From an uncultured Hormoscilla sp. (lineage in GTDB: Bacteria > Cyanobacteriota > Cyanobacteriia > Cyanobacteriales > Desertifilaceae): a stretch of DNA of 64,000 nt. Position 1 is the stretch's first letter; each line of letters opens with the position of its first letter. Of the stretch, positions 22,134 through 34,074 are shown piece by piece. The notes beneath the pieces are model-generated. The model was not told where the DNA came from, made no database searches, and saw only the letters and a program-made list of their open reading frames with translations. The stretch spans positions 640,001 through 704,000 of the forward strand of contig OZ001293.3 in NCBI GenBank assembly GCA_963921275.4, read 5' to 3'. The translations under genes were made by a program, and so were the position numbers.

Positions 22134-22646
22134 TTATCCTTTGAATATCTGCCTTACCTCTGCTACTAGAATTAATACTACTTCAATATCTTCGGTTATG
22201 TCAAGTTGTTGTTCGCAAAACTTAGCAACATTTTCAGTCAGAAAGACATGAATGAGATTTGTGTCCTTGACAGGGTTATCATAAAGAGTGGCCAGTTTAA
22301 TCAGTTGCGGGGCGACATAACCAGTTTCTTCTCGAAGCTCTCTGGCGGCAGCAGATGCACCGGTTTCCCGCTCTGGGTAAAAATGGCCAGCGGGAAGCTC
22401 TAACAAAATTTCCCCTACCCCATATCTGTATTGGCGGACGAAAACAATTTCTTGGACCTGAGTAATAGGAAGCACGAGAGCAACATCGGGTCGAATCGTG
22501 ATAAAATAGTCATCGATAACCTGGCCATTAGGTAACTGGATTTCATCTTGCCTGACTTGGTACCACGGGTTGTCAAAAACCAGGCGGGATTGCAAAATAT
22601 TCCACTTTTTGATTTCTTTCATGGGAGAAGTGCCCGGCAGTATCAC
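22134..22646 (-). CDS. NUDIX hydrolase (ADP-ribose pyrophosphatase-like)
   Basis: ELPAG...AAARELREETGY Nudix box. Confidence 0.9.
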   Translation of the reverse strand: MILPGTSPMKEIKKWNILQSRLVFDNPWYQVRQDEIQLPNGQVIDDYFITIRPDVALVLPITQVQEIVFVRQYRYGVGEILLELPAGHFYPERETGASAAARELREETGYVAPQLIKLATLYDNPVKDTNLIHVFLTENVAKFCEQQLDITEDIEVVLILVAEVRQIFKG

Positions 22647-22968
22647 TTAACATGGGTGATAATATATTATCGCGCTATGTCAAGTGATACTGGCTCGTCG
22701 TCAGCCATTGTGGCACGAAACGCGATATAATAGCATAGGGACGGGACTTGTCCCGCCTGCATTCCGCTATAATCGGAGATATCCCTGTTCGGAGGTAAAT
22801 CACCTCCAAACAGAGATCGGAGGTAAATCACCTCCAAACAGAGAGAAAACTCCCCCTTACAGGGGTATGTTTTTTATATTTTGGTTTGTTTGAAGGGGTG
22901 AGGGGGTGAGGGGGTGAGGGGGTGAGGGGGTATAAAAGGTAAATAAACTGAGTCTAATATAGATAATT

Positions 22969-23475
22969 ATGACCAAAAGGCAGCTCCCACTCCCCCACTC
23001 TCCCACTCAGTTGGATCTGGTAAAAATTAAAAACATACCCTTGAAAGGGACTCCCCCCCAGGTAGTCCGAGACGCAAAAAACTCTGGAAGTGAAAAGAAA
23101 ACTCCTGCTGTGTTAGAACAGATTTTGTTAGTTGTTTCTCTAGGTCTGATGCCCCCTACTGCACTTTCGGTGTGGATGATGTATAAAGTAGAGGGGCAGA
23201 AGCAACAACGGGTGGTATCGGCGATGGAAATACTCACCCCACCGATGATGCGATCGCTCGCTGAAGAGCCGCAAAGCATTCTGGAAATGCCACCGCCAGT
23301 ACCTCAGATCCCCTCGGAGCATCATTATATAGAGGGTATAGGTCTACTGATTGGGGATGTCACTTGCTACTATAATGCCCGTTCTGCTTACATCCGCTGC
23401 GCGGTGAATCCCGAAGGGCCATGTGAAAATTGCCCCCATTACCAACCCACTGAGGATAAGGACTGGAAGCATTGA
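22969..23475 (+). CDS. DUF6464-like protein
   Basis: C-terminal IGDVTCYYNARSAYIRCAVNPEGPCENCPHY. Confidence 0.65.
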   Translation: MTKRQLPLPHSPTQLDLVKIKNIPLKGTPPQVVRDAKNSGSEKKTPAVLEQILLVVSLGLMPPTALSVWMMYKVEGQKQQRVVSAMEILTPPMMRSLAEEPQSILEMPPPVPQIPSEHHYIEGIGLLIGDVTCYYNARSAYIRCAVNPEGPCENCPHYQPTEDKDWKH

Positions 23476-24671
23476 AAGGTTTTTCTGGTCAAGTCGGTAT
23501 TTTGGCAGCGGGTCGCTGCTTATCCCAAATTGGCAATGGATTTACCATATTCTACGCCCCCATCTTGTTCGTGAATCAGCTGGGTTTATCGGCGACGGCG
23601 GTGGGAATAGGTATCGGTAGCGGTGCCATCTCTGGGGTGCTCGGTCGCTTCTTAGGAGGAACCTTCGCGGACTCTCCATTGGTGGGACGGCGAGGTACGC
23701 TTTTGCTTTCAGCGGCAATTTCTGCATTAGCCGACCTGGTGTTTATCTGCACCCATAACTTGCCCATCTTTATGATTGGTAACTTGTTGATGGGTTTGGG
23801 AATTGGTCTTTACTGGCCTGCAACAGAAGCAGCAGTGGCAGATATGACAACCGATGGGCAGCGTAACGAAACATTTGCCATTATGCGGCTGGCAGATAAT
23901 CTCGGCTTGTGGATGGGAGTGGTGTTGGGAGGGGCCTTGATGGCAGCTGCTGTCAATTATCGAGTTTTGTTTGCGATCGATGGCATCTCATTTGTGATTT
24001 TCTTTGGCATAGTGTATGGGGCGATCGCGGAAACAGGGGACTTCAGCAAGCATGACAGCAACCAGAGACTAAAGGGTTGGGTGGTAGCATGGCGCGATCG
24101 GCCTCTAATGATATTCCTTGTAGTCAATATCCTGTGTACCACCTACCTGTCTCAATTACAAAGTACGCTACCCCTGTATCTGAGCAATTTCGTCAGCGGA
24201 TTCGATCCGAAAATCATCAGTGGTTTGTTCGCCTGGTATATTGTCTTTGTCGCCCTGTGTCAATTACCTGTTGCCCGGTGGCTGAATCGTTTTAGCCGTC
24301 CCCAAGCCTTAGGAATTTCTTTACTGCTATGGGAAGTAGGTTTTAGGTTAATTTGGGTTACAGGAGTGATGGGTGGGGTAATTTGGGCAATTTTGGCACT
24401 CTCAATCATGGGGTTAGCTACTGCTGCTTATACGCCATCTGCGTCTGCCCTCGTCGCCGACTTAGCCCCTCCATCTCTGCGGGGAATATACATGTCGCTC
24501 AACGCTCAATGTTGGGCGATCGGGTATTTCATCGGTCCGTCCTTGGGGGGCTGGGCCCTAGATCGATCGCGTTTGATTGCCGATGGTTTCTGGTTAGTAG
24601 CCGCAGTCAGCGTCGGCATTGGCATGCTGATTTTACAATATCTCCAGGGACTGCTGCCGTTAAAGAATTAA
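23472..24671 (+). CDS. MFS transporter
   Basis: Multi-TM with GGTFADSPLVGRR motif A variant. Confidence 0.88.
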   Translation: MKGFSGQVGILAAGRCLSQIGNGFTIFYAPILFVNQLGLSATAVGIGIGSGAISGVLGRFLGGTFADSPLVGRRGTLLLSAAISALADLVFICTHNLPIFMIGNLLMGLGIGLYWPATEAAVADMTTDGQRNETFAIMRLADNLGLWMGVVLGGALMAAAVNYRVLFAIDGISFVIFFGIVYGAIAETGDFSKHDSNQRLKGWVVAWRDRPLMIFLVVNILCTTYLSQLQSTLPLYLSNFVSGFDPKIISGLFAWYIVFVALCQLPVARWLNRFSRPQALGISLLLWEVGFRLIWVTGVMGGVIWAILALSIMGLATAAYTPSASALVADLAPPSLRGIYMSLNAQCWAIGYFIGPSLGGWALDRSRLIADGFWLVAAVSVGIGMLILQYLQGLLPLKN

Positions 24672-24672
24672 T

Positions 24673-25920
24673 ATGTTCACAGTTAAGGAAATTACCGTCA
24701 ACGAGAAATCTTGGTTCCCCCAGCTACCGGTTCAAGTCTGGATCTTAGCAGTGGGGAGAGTATTAACCGAAATAGGCAATGGACTTGTCATATTTTATGC
24801 GCCCATCTTGTTTGTAAATCAGGTAGGTTTATCGGCAACAGCGGTAGGAATTGGGATCGGTAGCGGTGCGATCGCGGGAGTAATTGGCAGGTTCATAGGC
24901 GGATCCTGGACGGACTCTCCGATGGTGGGACGCAGGAGGACGCTTTTACTCTCAGCAGTAATTTCTGCTGGCGCTGACTTCGTGTTTGCCAACAGCCACA
25001 ACTTGCCAATTTTTATTCTGGGTAACTCGCTGATGAGCTTGGGAATTGGTCTTTACTGGCCCCCCAGAGAGGCAGTTGTCGCAGATGTAACGACTTACCA
25101 ACAACGAGACGAAGCCTTTGCTGTCATGCGCTTGATAGATAGTATTGGTTCGGGGTTGGGAGTGCTGTTAGGAGGACTGTTAATTTCCGCAAATGTCGAT
25201 TATCGCCTATTATTTGCGATCGATGGCATTTCATTTCTGGTTTTCTTCGGCGTGGTGTATGTCGCCCTGGGTGAAACGGGTGAGTTTACAGAACATAACA
25301 GCAACCAAGGACTACAGAGTTGGTTGGCCGTCCTGGGCGATCGGCCTCTGATGGTATTCCTGGTAGTAAATATCCTCTTCACATCTTACCACAGTTTGTT
25401 ACACAGCGCCATGCCCCTATATCTGAGCAATTTCGTTCAAGCAGGGGGCTTATCTGCTGGGACGATCGGTAGTTTATTCACATGGCACATGGTGTTTGGG
25501 GCATTATGTCAGTTACCCCTTACCCGTTGGCTAAATCGCTTTAGCCATCCGAACGCTTTAACAATTTCCATGCTATTATGGGGAGTAGGATTTGGGCTGA
25601 TGTGGGTTACTGGAGTTGCCCCGATGGCTGTCCTCTGGGCAATTTTAGCACTGTCAATCATGGGTGCAGCAGTCTCTGCTTACATCCCCGCCGCTGCTGC
25701 CTATATCGTAGATGTAGCACCAGAATCTATGATGGGCGTTTACTTTTCTATCTACTCCCAATGTTGGGCGATCGGGTATTTCATCGGTCCTAGCTTGGGG
25801 GGATGGGCCTTAGATCGGTCCCGTTACATTGCTGATGGCTTCTGGTTAGCTGCCGCAGTCAGCGTCGGCCTTGGCATCCTGATTTTACAATATATCCAGG
25901 GCCAACTACAGAAAAATTAA
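24673..25920 (+). CDS. MFS transporter, tandem paralog of the upstream gene
   Basis: Shares long blocks with 23472-24671 (FYAPILFVNQ, QCWAIGYFIGPSLGGWALDRS). Confidence 0.9.
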   Translation: MFTVKEITVNEKSWFPQLPVQVWILAVGRVLTEIGNGLVIFYAPILFVNQVGLSATAVGIGIGSGAIAGVIGRFIGGSWTDSPMVGRRRTLLLSAVISAGADFVFANSHNLPIFILGNSLMSLGIGLYWPPREAVVADVTTYQQRDEAFAVMRLIDSIGSGLGVLLGGLLISANVDYRLLFAIDGISFLVFFGVVYVALGETGEFTEHNSNQGLQSWLAVLGDRPLMVFLVVNILFTSYHSLLHSAMPLYLSNFVQAGGLSAGTIGSLFTWHMVFGALCQLPLTRWLNRFSHPNALTISMLLWGVGFGLMWVTGVAPMAVLWAILALSIMGAAVSAYIPAAAAYIVDVAPESMMGVYFSIYSQCWAIGYFIGPSLGGWALDRSRYIADGFWLAAAVSVGLGILILQYIQGQLQKN

Positions 25921-26006
25921 AATTTCACCGATCGCCCAGCTATTTCTCAGGCTTTACTCATTTATGTGATCTTTAATCATAGATAGTCGAAGAGAAAACT
26001 ATTGCC

Positions 26007-26516
26007 ATGAAAATCAAATCATTGGCCATCCTGGCCAGCCTCTCAATGCTGAGTATCGGACTAGCTTATTCTTTGGGGAACCGCGCTTCCATCAATGCTG
26101 ATGCTGCCACTCCGGTGATGCTAGCCCAAGGGAGTCGCCCCTCCTTTTACCAAGCAAATGGCATCGCCATTAGGGGCACAGATCCAGTCGCCTATTTCCG
26201 AGAAGGTAAAGCTGTTGCTGGCAGCTATCAATTCACCCACCGCTGGGAAAATGCTACCTGGAAATTTTCCAGTGCTGAAAATCGGGATTTGTTTGCCCAA
26301 AACCCGAAAAAATACGCGCCGCAATATGGTGGTTACTGTGCATGGGCAGTGAGTCAAGGCTACACGGCATCTACAGATCCAAACGCCTGGAAAATTGTCG
26401 ATGGCAAACTGTATCTTAACTATAACAGAAGGGTACAGAAAAGTTGGGAAGGAGACATTCCCGGTCACATCGCCCGGGCTAACCGGAACTGGCCTGAAGT
26501 TCTCAACCGTTCGTAG
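26007..26516 (+). CDS. YHS-domain protein with signal peptide
   Basis: GTDPVAYF, YAPQYGGYCAWAV and DGKLYLN motifs. Confidence 0.85.
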   Translation: MKIKSLAILASLSMLSIGLAYSLGNRASINADAATPVMLAQGSRPSFYQANGIAIRGTDPVAYFREGKAVAGSYQFTHRWENATWKFSSAENRDLFAQNPKKYAPQYGGYCAWAVSQGYTASTDPNAWKIVDGKLYLNYNRRVQKSWEGDIPGHIARANRNWPEVLNRS

Positions 26517-27106
26517 TAAACACTTTAGTGTTTGCGGGTTCGTAGTGCGATCGGGCTTTCCGGATACGGTCAGCAAATACGCAGCAGACTGCCAGGGTAA
26601 GCAAATATTAGGATTATCCGTATTCGATCGCCCGAGGGAAGGAAAAAGAGTCAGTTTCGCCTGCTGGAGTGCCAAATGGACCGATAGTTCCAGGACAGGA
26701 GAATGGTTGTCTTGCCGTTTCCCGGGGCTGTGTCTCGTGACACAGGGAGGAGGCGGGGTTTGCCAGTTCCTGGAATTGTCGCCCTACCAATTGCGAAAAA
26801 GTCCTAACAAAGTGGCGATAAAAATACTTCGGATCAAAGCAAACAAAATGTGAATGCGCTACGAAAAGCGGTAATTTATCTCTTGATATTGCCAAGTCCG
26901 GGGTAGAGAAAGTAGAGGTCGAATGCCATTTTTTTGCCTACCAGTTGTGGGATGAGAATGGGGATAAGTCACCGATGGAGATAATGGAGTTAGCTATACT
27001 ATTGCTACCTTTGAGTTGGAAATTGCTAATGGTGAATGGAAAATGGTGAATAGTGAATGAAAAAAGGGTCAATTCTCAATGAACAATTCTCCCTAAATTA
27101 ACAAAA

Positions 27107-27260
27107 TTCACAGCCAATTTCCGACCAGAACGAAAGGTGCCCAATAGAATGGATCCTTGTAGCGGGGTGACTGCAAAATTTCCAGCTGTGCTTGTCGGAG
27201 GGCTTCAGATTTGCTTACACCCTCATGGGTGAGTGCTTGATAGAACTTAACCATGAGGTT
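27107..27260 (-). pseudogene. CHAT-domain protein C-terminal remnant
   Basis: LMVKFYQAL..SKSEALRQAQLEIL..PFYWAPFVLVGNWL*. Confidence 0.8.
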
Positions 27261-27397
27261 ACACAAACCCATGAATCGTCAACTATTTATCCAAAATTTT
27301 GTACGACAGCCTGTAATATACTAATTAATATGCAATAATACGGTACGATCGCCTGTATTACGTGACATCTGACAACTTAGCAAACACAACGTAGGGC

Positions 27398-27640
27398 CAA
27401 ACACGCTCGTCTTAACCGAAAATCTGCGGATGCCGTGCCCCTACATTTAATTGGCGATCGCCCTCTGGCACCGGGGCACGGCGGGCAAAACACGATCGTC
27501 TTAACCGAAATTAGCTGATGCCGTGCCCCTACATTTAATTGGCGATCGCCCTCTGGCGCCGGTGTACGGCGGACAAAACACGCTCGTCTTAACCGAAAAT
27601 CTGCGGATGCCGTGCCCCTACATTTAATTGGCGATCGCGC
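27398..27640. repeat. Three ~89-bp tandem REP-type units
   Basis: AAACACGCTCGTCTTAACCGAAA..GATGCCGTGCCCCTACATTTAATTGGCGATCGC x3. Confidence 0.8.
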
Positions 27641-27767
27641 CCCAGCGAGTGGAGAAGATACTTGCACGGAGACTCCCGAGAAAACCTATGAAATTGCCAG
27701 TTCGGTTGGAGAAAGCGCCAGCGAGTGAGAACTCTTTCTCATCCGAATCACCAAAAATGCGGGCTTC

Positions 27768-27930
27768 GTCACGTGACTCTATGGCAAAGTTGCGTGACTC
27801 TATGGCAAAGTCACGCAACTTAAACGCAAAGTCACGCAACTTAAACGCAAAGTCACGCAACTTAAACGCAAAGTCACGCAACTTAAACGCATAGTCACGC
27901 AACTTAAACGCAGAGTCACGTGACTTAATA
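27768..27930. repeat. 21-bp tandem repeat (AAAGTCACGCAACTTAAACGC)
   Basis: Four to five near-exact units plus degenerate flanking units. Confidence 0.85.
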
Positions 27931-28009
27931 TACTGGTCATGTGACTTTCACGCAGATGCTCCGATAACAGTTACTCAAAACCTCATGTAAGGTTTTGGGG
28001 GTTGCGTCC

Positions 28010-28275
28010 CATCGACCCCCAGTTGAGAACTGGCTGTGATTTGACTATCAGGACCTAGAAAGATACCCGAGGTGGTAATTTGAATATTCCCGCCGTTACC
28101 AGCAAAGGCATTCGCATTGATATTGCTGCCCTCTATCCCGCTGTTTATCGTGATGTTGCCCCCATTGCTTTCACTGCTATCATCCGTTCCGGCACGAGTA
28201 GTAATGGCACTATTGTGGCGCCAAATCAGAGCATCAGCAATATTCAGTTGGATATTTCCTCCTTTTCCTGATATT
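28010..28275 (-). pseudogene. Filamentous haemagglutinin-family remnant
   Basis: GKGGNIQLN..NGGNITIN..ANAFAGNGGNIQITT..ITASSQLGVDG. Confidence 0.7.
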
Positions 28276-28658
28276 ATGTCACCGCAGTAATGGCATTACA
28301 GTAGTATGAATAGGAATATCTGCTTGGTTTGTGCCAATCATGTTGGGTGCATCTCACTTTTGTAATCTAGCCCGCGCCGGCGGGCTTTGTTCGTGTAGCC
28401 GGGCCCTTTAGGGTTCGAGCGGCTAAGCAAATATGAGATGCACCCAATCATGTTTATGTCGAATGACATATTGATGCTGATGCTTCCGGATGGTTCTGAC
28501 CCTCGATTTTGAATTCAAATCGTCGAACCACCATCCATCAACAGATTCCCTCCTTGCACAAGGATATCCCCGCCACTAATCTTTCCATGAACTTAAGAGT
28601 CCTAACTTCCAGGATCTGCTCGCAAAATTAATTTTCATGTCTATATTAATCCAAATAG

Positions 28659-29300
28659 TTAACGACGGCGTTCCTGCAACTTGCGATAGACATCCTTGAC
28701 ATCAACGTTGTGATGTGCTAAGGCTACCAGAGTATGATAAAAGAGGTCAGCAGCCTCAGATGCGATCGCCTCTTTATCGTCATCCTTACAGGCCATTACC
28801 ACTTCGGCGGACTCTTCGCCAATCTTTTTGAGAATCTTGTTATCCCCACCTGCGAATAACTTGCAGGTATAGGAATCCTCCTTGGGGCGATCGCGGCGTG
28901 AGCGAATGACAGCAGCGACTTGAGAGAGGGTATCTGCGGGGGGCGTCCTAACTGTGTCGCTTACCTGATGAAAACAACTACGTTCGCCCTTGTGACAAGC
29001 GATATCCCCCACTTGCTCTACACCTATTAGCAGGGCGTCACTGTCACAATCATAACGGAGCGATCGCACATTTTGCCAATGTCCGGAAGTAGCGCCCTTA
29101 TGCCACAACTCGGCACGGGAACGACTCCAAAACCAGGTTTGACCAGTTGAGAGAGTCTTTTCCAGGGACTCCCGGTTCATCCAGGCCATCATCAGCACCG
29201 TACCATCCAGATAGTCCTGGATAATGGCGGGCACCAGTCCTTGCTCATCATAGCGAATTTGCTCGATCGGGATCGGTTGGGTAACAGCAGCTTGGGACAT
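28659..29300 (-). CDS. hisIE: Bifunctional phosphoribosyl-AMP cyclohydrolase / phosphoribosyl-ATP diphosphatase
   Basis: [27 protein letters not shown] and KKIGEE motifs. Confidence 0.96.
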   Translation of the reverse strand: MSQAAVTQPIPIEQIRYDEQGLVPAIIQDYLDGTVLMMAWMNRESLEKTLSTGQTWFWSRSRAELWHKGATSGHWQNVRSLRYDCDSDALLIGVEQVGDIACHKGERSCFHQVSDTVRTPPADTLSQVAAVIRSRRDRPKEDSYTCKLFAGGDNKILKKIGEESAEVVMACKDDDKEAIASEAADLFYHTLVALAHHNVDVKDVYRKLQERRR

Positions 29301-29635
29301 AAGACATTGGGTAATCTTCTCTTAACACTTATTTAGAATATATTTTGAAAGGGATCGACTTGCGAGAAAGAGGCATTATTGGTGTCATTGCGAGGGGGGC
29401 TACCGCAGCAGTAACTCCTCTCAATTACGATCCCCCCTCGCTCCGGACATATTAGCTGCTGGAGATCGCGCAGTTCTTGACCTTCGTAGTATAGCATTGG
29501 CAGCCCAGGGACAGGCATCTGGTCCGGGGCGGAAGGCGGGTCAACCGAGCAACAGATGATGAAAATAGTTTATTTGTGCTAATCTAGCGCCTATTCTCAA
29601 ATCAATAGTTGAGCATTCAAGCAAGGAGAACAACT

Positions 29636-30937
29636 TTGATCGCAACCACTCTCAAGACCACCAAATCACAAGAGATGTTCGCTGCGGCCCAGAAACTGAT
29701 GCCAGGGGGTGTCAGTTCACCAGTGCGAGCCTTCAAATCCGTAGGTGGAAAACCCATAGTGTTCTCACGGGTAAAAGGCGCTTACATCTGGGATGTGGAT
29801 GGCAACCAGTACATCGACTACGTCGGCACCTGGGGGCCAGCCATTTGCGGTCACGCCAATGCCGAAGTGAACGAAGCCCTGCGCAAGGCGCTAGAAAATG
29901 GCACCAGCTTCGGTGCGCCCTGTGAACTAGAAAACGTGCTAGCGAAAATGGTGATCGATGCCGTCCCTAGCATAGAAATGGTGCGGTTTGTCAACTCTGG
30001 CACCGAAGCCTGCATGTCTGTCCTGCGCTTGATGCGAGCCTTCACAAATCGTGACAAGATCGTTAAGTTTGAAGGATGCTATCACGGTCACGCCGATATG
30101 TTCCTGGTGAAAGCGGGTTCTGGGGTCGCCACCTTGGGATTACCCGACTCCCCCGGCGTTCCCAAATCTACCACTGCCAACACCCTCACAGCTCCCTACA
30201 ACGACCTGGAAGCCGTGAAAGCCCTATTTGCCGAAAACCCCGAGCAAATAGCGGGGATAATACTGGAGCCAGTAGTAGGTAATTCTGGATTTATTGCCCC
30301 CGATGCTGGTTTTCTGGAAGGCTTGCGGTTGATCACCCAAGAGAATGGGGCCTTGCTGGTGTTTGACGAAGTAATGACTGGCTTTCGGATCGCTTACGGC
30401 GGTGCCCAGGAGAAATTCGGCGTCAAGCCCGATCTAACGACCTTGGGCAAGATTATCGGCGGCGGCTTGCCTGTGGGGGCCTATGGCGGACGCAAAGATA
30501 TCATGTCTATGGTGGCACCAGCAGGTCCAATGTATCAGGCAGGGACGCTTTCGGGTAATCCTTTGGCCATGACCGCTGGCATCAAGACTCTGGAGTTGCT
30601 GCAAAAACCGGGCACTTACGTAAAACTGAATCAGATTACCAAAAAGCTAATCGATGGGTTGCTCTCAATCGCCAAAGAAATGGGTAATGAAGCCTGTGGG
30701 GGTCATATTAGCGCTATGTTTGGCTTATTCTTCACCAAGGGCCCCGTTCACAACTTTGAAGATGCCAAAAAGTCGGACACCAGTAAGTTTGGGCGCTTCC
30801 ATCACGGAATGTTAGAACGGGGTATCTACCTAGCGCCTTCTCAGTTTGAGGCCGGGTTTACTTCTCTGGCTCACACAGAGGAAGATATCGATAAGACTTT
30901 AGCAGCAGCTAAAGAAGTGATGGCGACTCTGAAGTAG
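29636..30937 (+). CDS. hemL: Glutamate-1-semialdehyde 2,1-aminomutase
   Basis: [26 protein letters not shown] and [11 protein letters not shown] motifs. TTG start follows AAGGAG. Confidence 0.97.
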   Translation: MIATTLKTTKSQEMFAAAQKLMPGGVSSPVRAFKSVGGKPIVFSRVKGAYIWDVDGNQYIDYVGTWGPAICGHANAEVNEALRKALENGTSFGAPCELENVLAKMVIDAVPSIEMVRFVNSGTEACMSVLRLMRAFTNRDKIVKFEGCYHGHADMFLVKAGSGVATLGLPDSPGVPKSTTANTLTAPYNDLEAVKALFAENPEQIAGIILEPVVGNSGFIAPDAGFLEGLRLITQENGALLVFDEVMTGFRIAYGGAQEKFGVKPDLTTLGKIIGGGLPVGAYGGRKDIMSMVAPAGPMYQAGTLSGNPLAMTAGIKTLELLQKPGTYVKLNQITKKLIDGLLSIAKEMGNEACGGHISAMFGLFFTKGPVHNFEDAKKSDTSKFGRFHHGMLERGIYLAPSQFEAGFTSLAHTEEDIDKTLAAAKEVMATLK

Positions 30938-31169
30938 CCCTCACCCGTTCCCAGGCGGGAGCCTCTTAACGAGGGGACCGTGTCTCCTGGGTAGTGCGAC
31001 TACAATGTTCCCCGGGTAGTGCGAGTAGCGCTCCCGGGGAACATCGAGCTCCCAGGAGACACGGGTGGGGCTACAGGAACAAAGCAATTGTCGCTCGCGA
31101 GCGTAGCGTGGCAACCTTCCTGCGATGTCTCCTGTGTGCCGTATGTCCCCTGGGACAAGAGCAAGGAGC

Positions 31170-31964
31170 ATCATGAACTAAAAAGCCCTTGAAGCCATTG
31201 GTATCGCGGTAGCCGAGGTTAGTTTTAATCATAAACTCGGCCAGCCTGAATAAACTTGGCAATGTCATGTTCTGGGTTAACTCGGGCAATCTCAGAGGCC
31301 ATTTTCTCAGTGAAAATCAGCTTGTGAGTTACGTCTAGGGGTATGACTGCGATATCCTCCCGGGCAGCAAAGAAAGTTTCTGCTGCTTCGGGGTTGTGGG
31401 CTTCGATACTTCTCGGGAGCGCTAATCGCACTACCCGAGAGGCATCGATGTTAAACTCGGCAAGAGGGGTGACGTTTCCCCGACAATTAAATGCCCCGGC
31501 CATCGTCACAATTTGCTTCGCCGCTTGAGAATGCCCGGTTGTTTCCTTTCCGCTGCTGCTAAGTTCGTTAAGGGCGCGATCGCGACCAGGGTAATTTCTC
31601 CAGGTTCAGCACTGAGTTTGTCGATAATAATCTCGTCCGAGTAGCGAGCAATGTCAAATTTATGGACAGATTTTGGTAAAGTAGGGGAGAGATTGCCCAT
31701 GCCGTCGGCTCCGTGAATGTGGGCAGCATCTCCTATTTCGCTTTCATGGGGTATGCCGCGACCTACTTCTACCCGATCGAAACCACCTAAGCTCAGGATT
31801 TTGCTCTTCTAGGCAAAGATATAATTAGCGCGGACATTTCCGTCAGCGGTGGCGATCGCGACGATCTCGGCGAGACCTTTTTTCGCCAAACTCATCAACC
31901 ACAATAAGGCGAAGGTATCTTCTCCGCCGGGGTCCGTATCTACGATAATTTTCTTTGCAGTCAT
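31170..31964 (-). pseudogene. Nucleoside hydrolase pseudogene
   Basis: KIIVDTDPGGED, HIHGADGMG, GNVTPLAEFN and LVHDA motifs. Stop codon, frameshift, 45-bp hairpin at 31402-31446, and truncation by another mini-element. Confidence 0.85.
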
Positions 31965-32357
31965 GAGATGTAGTCATAAATTTGTGATTTATGCAATTTT
32001 ATCACTTATGGCTAGCCCAGGAGTTAAGAAACCTGGTTAAGAGCGCTCCGCGAGCACGCGCGTAGTCGTGTGCGACACTGCGTATAGGAAAAACCGGGTT
32101 TCTGGGCTACGGGAAGTCTATTCATCAGCAACCCAGAAACCGGGTTTCTTAATTCGTTGCATTGATATGCTCACTCCCGATCGCCTCTTGACAGCTATTT
32201 GCTAATGATTTCGCCAAGGGTCATCGTGAGTCAAGATGGTGACCGCAGTATCACTTGCCGATGTCTCCCGGGTTTTCGCCGTGCGTCCGGGAGACATCGG
32301 AATGCGTGATAATATTTTAGATCACGCAATTGTCTTGTGATACTGGAGGTAGATTGC

Positions 32358-32645
32358 TTATTCTGGTGGTAATATCTGACCTGTAACCCGTTCATATTCA
32401 TCTTCAAGTAGCCACATTTGAGCTGATTCGTAGTCAGAACTGGAAAAGACAGTTTTATAGTTTTGCGCGGGATTATGGATGCAAAACTTACCTGTACTAG
32501 ATTTGACTAACATCAGAATATAGGGCGGAGAGATGATCGGATCTGCCCAGATTTCCGCAAACTCCCATTCAGTTACTGGTTCGGGGTTTGGTGCGGGGAA
32601 TGACGTGGTACTTATCTGTTCCTTTTCTAATTTTAATTTCACCAT
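32358..32645 (-). CDS. Small acidic hypothetical protein, possible partner/immunity protein of the upstream gene
   Basis: Overlaps the end of 32569-32928; ends WLLEDEYERV. Start uncertain. Confidence 0.55.
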   Translation of the reverse strand: MVKLKLEKEQISTTSFPAPNPEPVTEWEFAEIWADPIISPPYILMLVKSSTGKFCIHNPAQNYKTVFSSSDYESAQMWLLEDEYERVTGQILPPE

Positions 32646-32928
32646 AGCTTAAGGGAATGCGACTACCATCATATTTTAGTATATAACCAATAGGTTCTGG
32701 GAAGTATAGTCCATAGCGTTCATACTTATCCGATTCATCACTGATTCCCGTCCGTTCCCCCCTTAACTTAATCTCCTCTGCTACTCTCTCCATTGTTTCT
32801 TGATCGTTGAATAGATACACTTTACCCTCTGCGTTCAGTTCTCTCTGCGCTTTTTCTGTTCCCGGCAGGTGTTTGTCAGTCAAGCTGATTCTAGGATCTA
32901 CGGTTATTTGCCGTTTAATTCCTGTCAT
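32569..32928 (-). CDS. DUF6972-like protein (toxin-like)
   Basis: KHLPGT, YERYGLYF.EPIGY and YHVIPR motifs. Confidence 0.6.
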   Translation of the reverse strand: MTGIKRQITVDPRISLTDKHLPGTEKAQRELNAEGKVYLFNDQETMERVAEEIKLRGERTGISDESDKYERYGLYFPEPIGYILKYDGSRIPLSYGEIKIRKGTDKYHVIPRTKPRTSN

Positions 32929-33095
32929 ATTATTCAAAGGTAGATGAACAATTTTTATTAGACAACATAAATTAGCCAAGAGCAATTAAAAGCGATCGCC
33001 CCTTGACCCCCAGTCAGTTATTTGCTATATTGGGTTAAGCACCAAAGGAGACTGTGAACAACTGTAGAGGTCAAGTAAAATGAGGGCAGAAAAAA

Positions 33096-33401
33096 ATGAC
33101 AGTTTTGTCAGAGTTGGATATTTTAATAGAAGAAGGGCTGTACAAAGATAAAGAAGCTTTACCCCAAGATGCTATGGGAGCGCTGCTCAGGAGCAAACCA
33201 GAACTTCGCAGTAGGTTGGCACTTGCTCTGTACAAACGGGAAAAGGTTTTCCTGGCACGAGGGGCAGAAATCGCTGGGGTTGATGCCGAAAGTTTTAAGG
33301 AACTTTTACAGGAAGCAGGAATTGAACGTAGCATTGCCTCCGTAGGTGAGAATATTGAAAGCCAAGTTGAAAAACTTATCCGCATGAGGAACAGAAGTTG
33401 A
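33096..33401 (+). CDS. UPF0175-family antitoxin-like protein
   Basis: LALYKREKVFLARGAEIAGV HTH-like motif; coupled to a PIN gene. Confidence 0.7.
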   Translation: MTVLSELDILIEEGLYKDKEALPQDAMGALLRSKPELRSRLALALYKREKVFLARGAEIAGVDAESFKELLQEAGIERSIASVGENIESQVEKLIRMRNRS

Positions 33402-33838
33402 TTATCCTGGACACAGATATCCTGAGTATGTTCGCTAAAACTGAAGCACTCAATGTGCTTGTAGAGTTTATGGGCAGGGAAAATATAAGGATGACGCCAG
33501 CTATTGCTGAGGAAATATCAGTTCCTTTGCAGTATGGGTATGACTTTTCCTTGCAAGTTTTGTCTCAGATTCCTATTGTGCCGATCGGCGTACAAGTCGT
33601 AGAGGAATTAGGGCGACTACAAACAATAGGAGCCACTATTGGGAAGCGTTTTTTGCTACTAACGACCTTTGGAATATTTGCCCAAAATCGAGGGGTGGAA
33701 GTGATTTATCTACAGGCTATCCTGCGAGTAATTTGGGTAAGTGGAATCAGAACTAAGGCGGGGGTAAGAGAATTGTTAGAACAGATCAAAAATGCAGATC
33801 GTCTGGTCCGCAGAGATGGAAATGAAAATTTTCGGTGA
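33398..33838 (+). CDS. PIN-domain protein, possibly degenerate
   Basis: MIILDTDILS N-terminal PIN motif; 4-bp overlap with the upstream gene. Confidence 0.6.
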   Translation: MIILDTDILSMFAKTEALNVLVEFMGRENIRMTPAIAEEISVPLQYGYDFSLQVLSQIPIVPIGVQVVEELGRLQTIGATIGKRFLLLTTFGIFAQNRGVEVIYLQAILRVIWVSGIRTKAGVRELLEQIKNADRLVRRDGNENFR

Positions 33839-34074
33839 GAATAAAGGTGCATAGTACAGGGCTCCGGTCAGGGCTCCGGTGCGATAGCTTTTTTGGGGAA
33901 ATTTATTGTGCGATCGCTCATACATAATCAGTATAATACAAGGCATTTTGTTTGTGTAGCGGATCCTTACAATCGGCGAGGAGGCGATCGCCTAATTTTA
34001 TTAGATCTTAACTTAAGTTCATATCAGATTTAATGGTATGATAATTAAGTCAAACCTAATGCGCAAGATTATAA

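Noticed and set aside
23472..25920. Recent duplication or assembly artefact of the MFS genes
   Set aside because: The two copies are substantially diverged, consistent with ordinary older paralogs.
27624..27902. Heptad-repeat ORFs on both strands
   Set aside because: Explained by a stop-free 21-bp tandem repeat; there is no independent support for coding.
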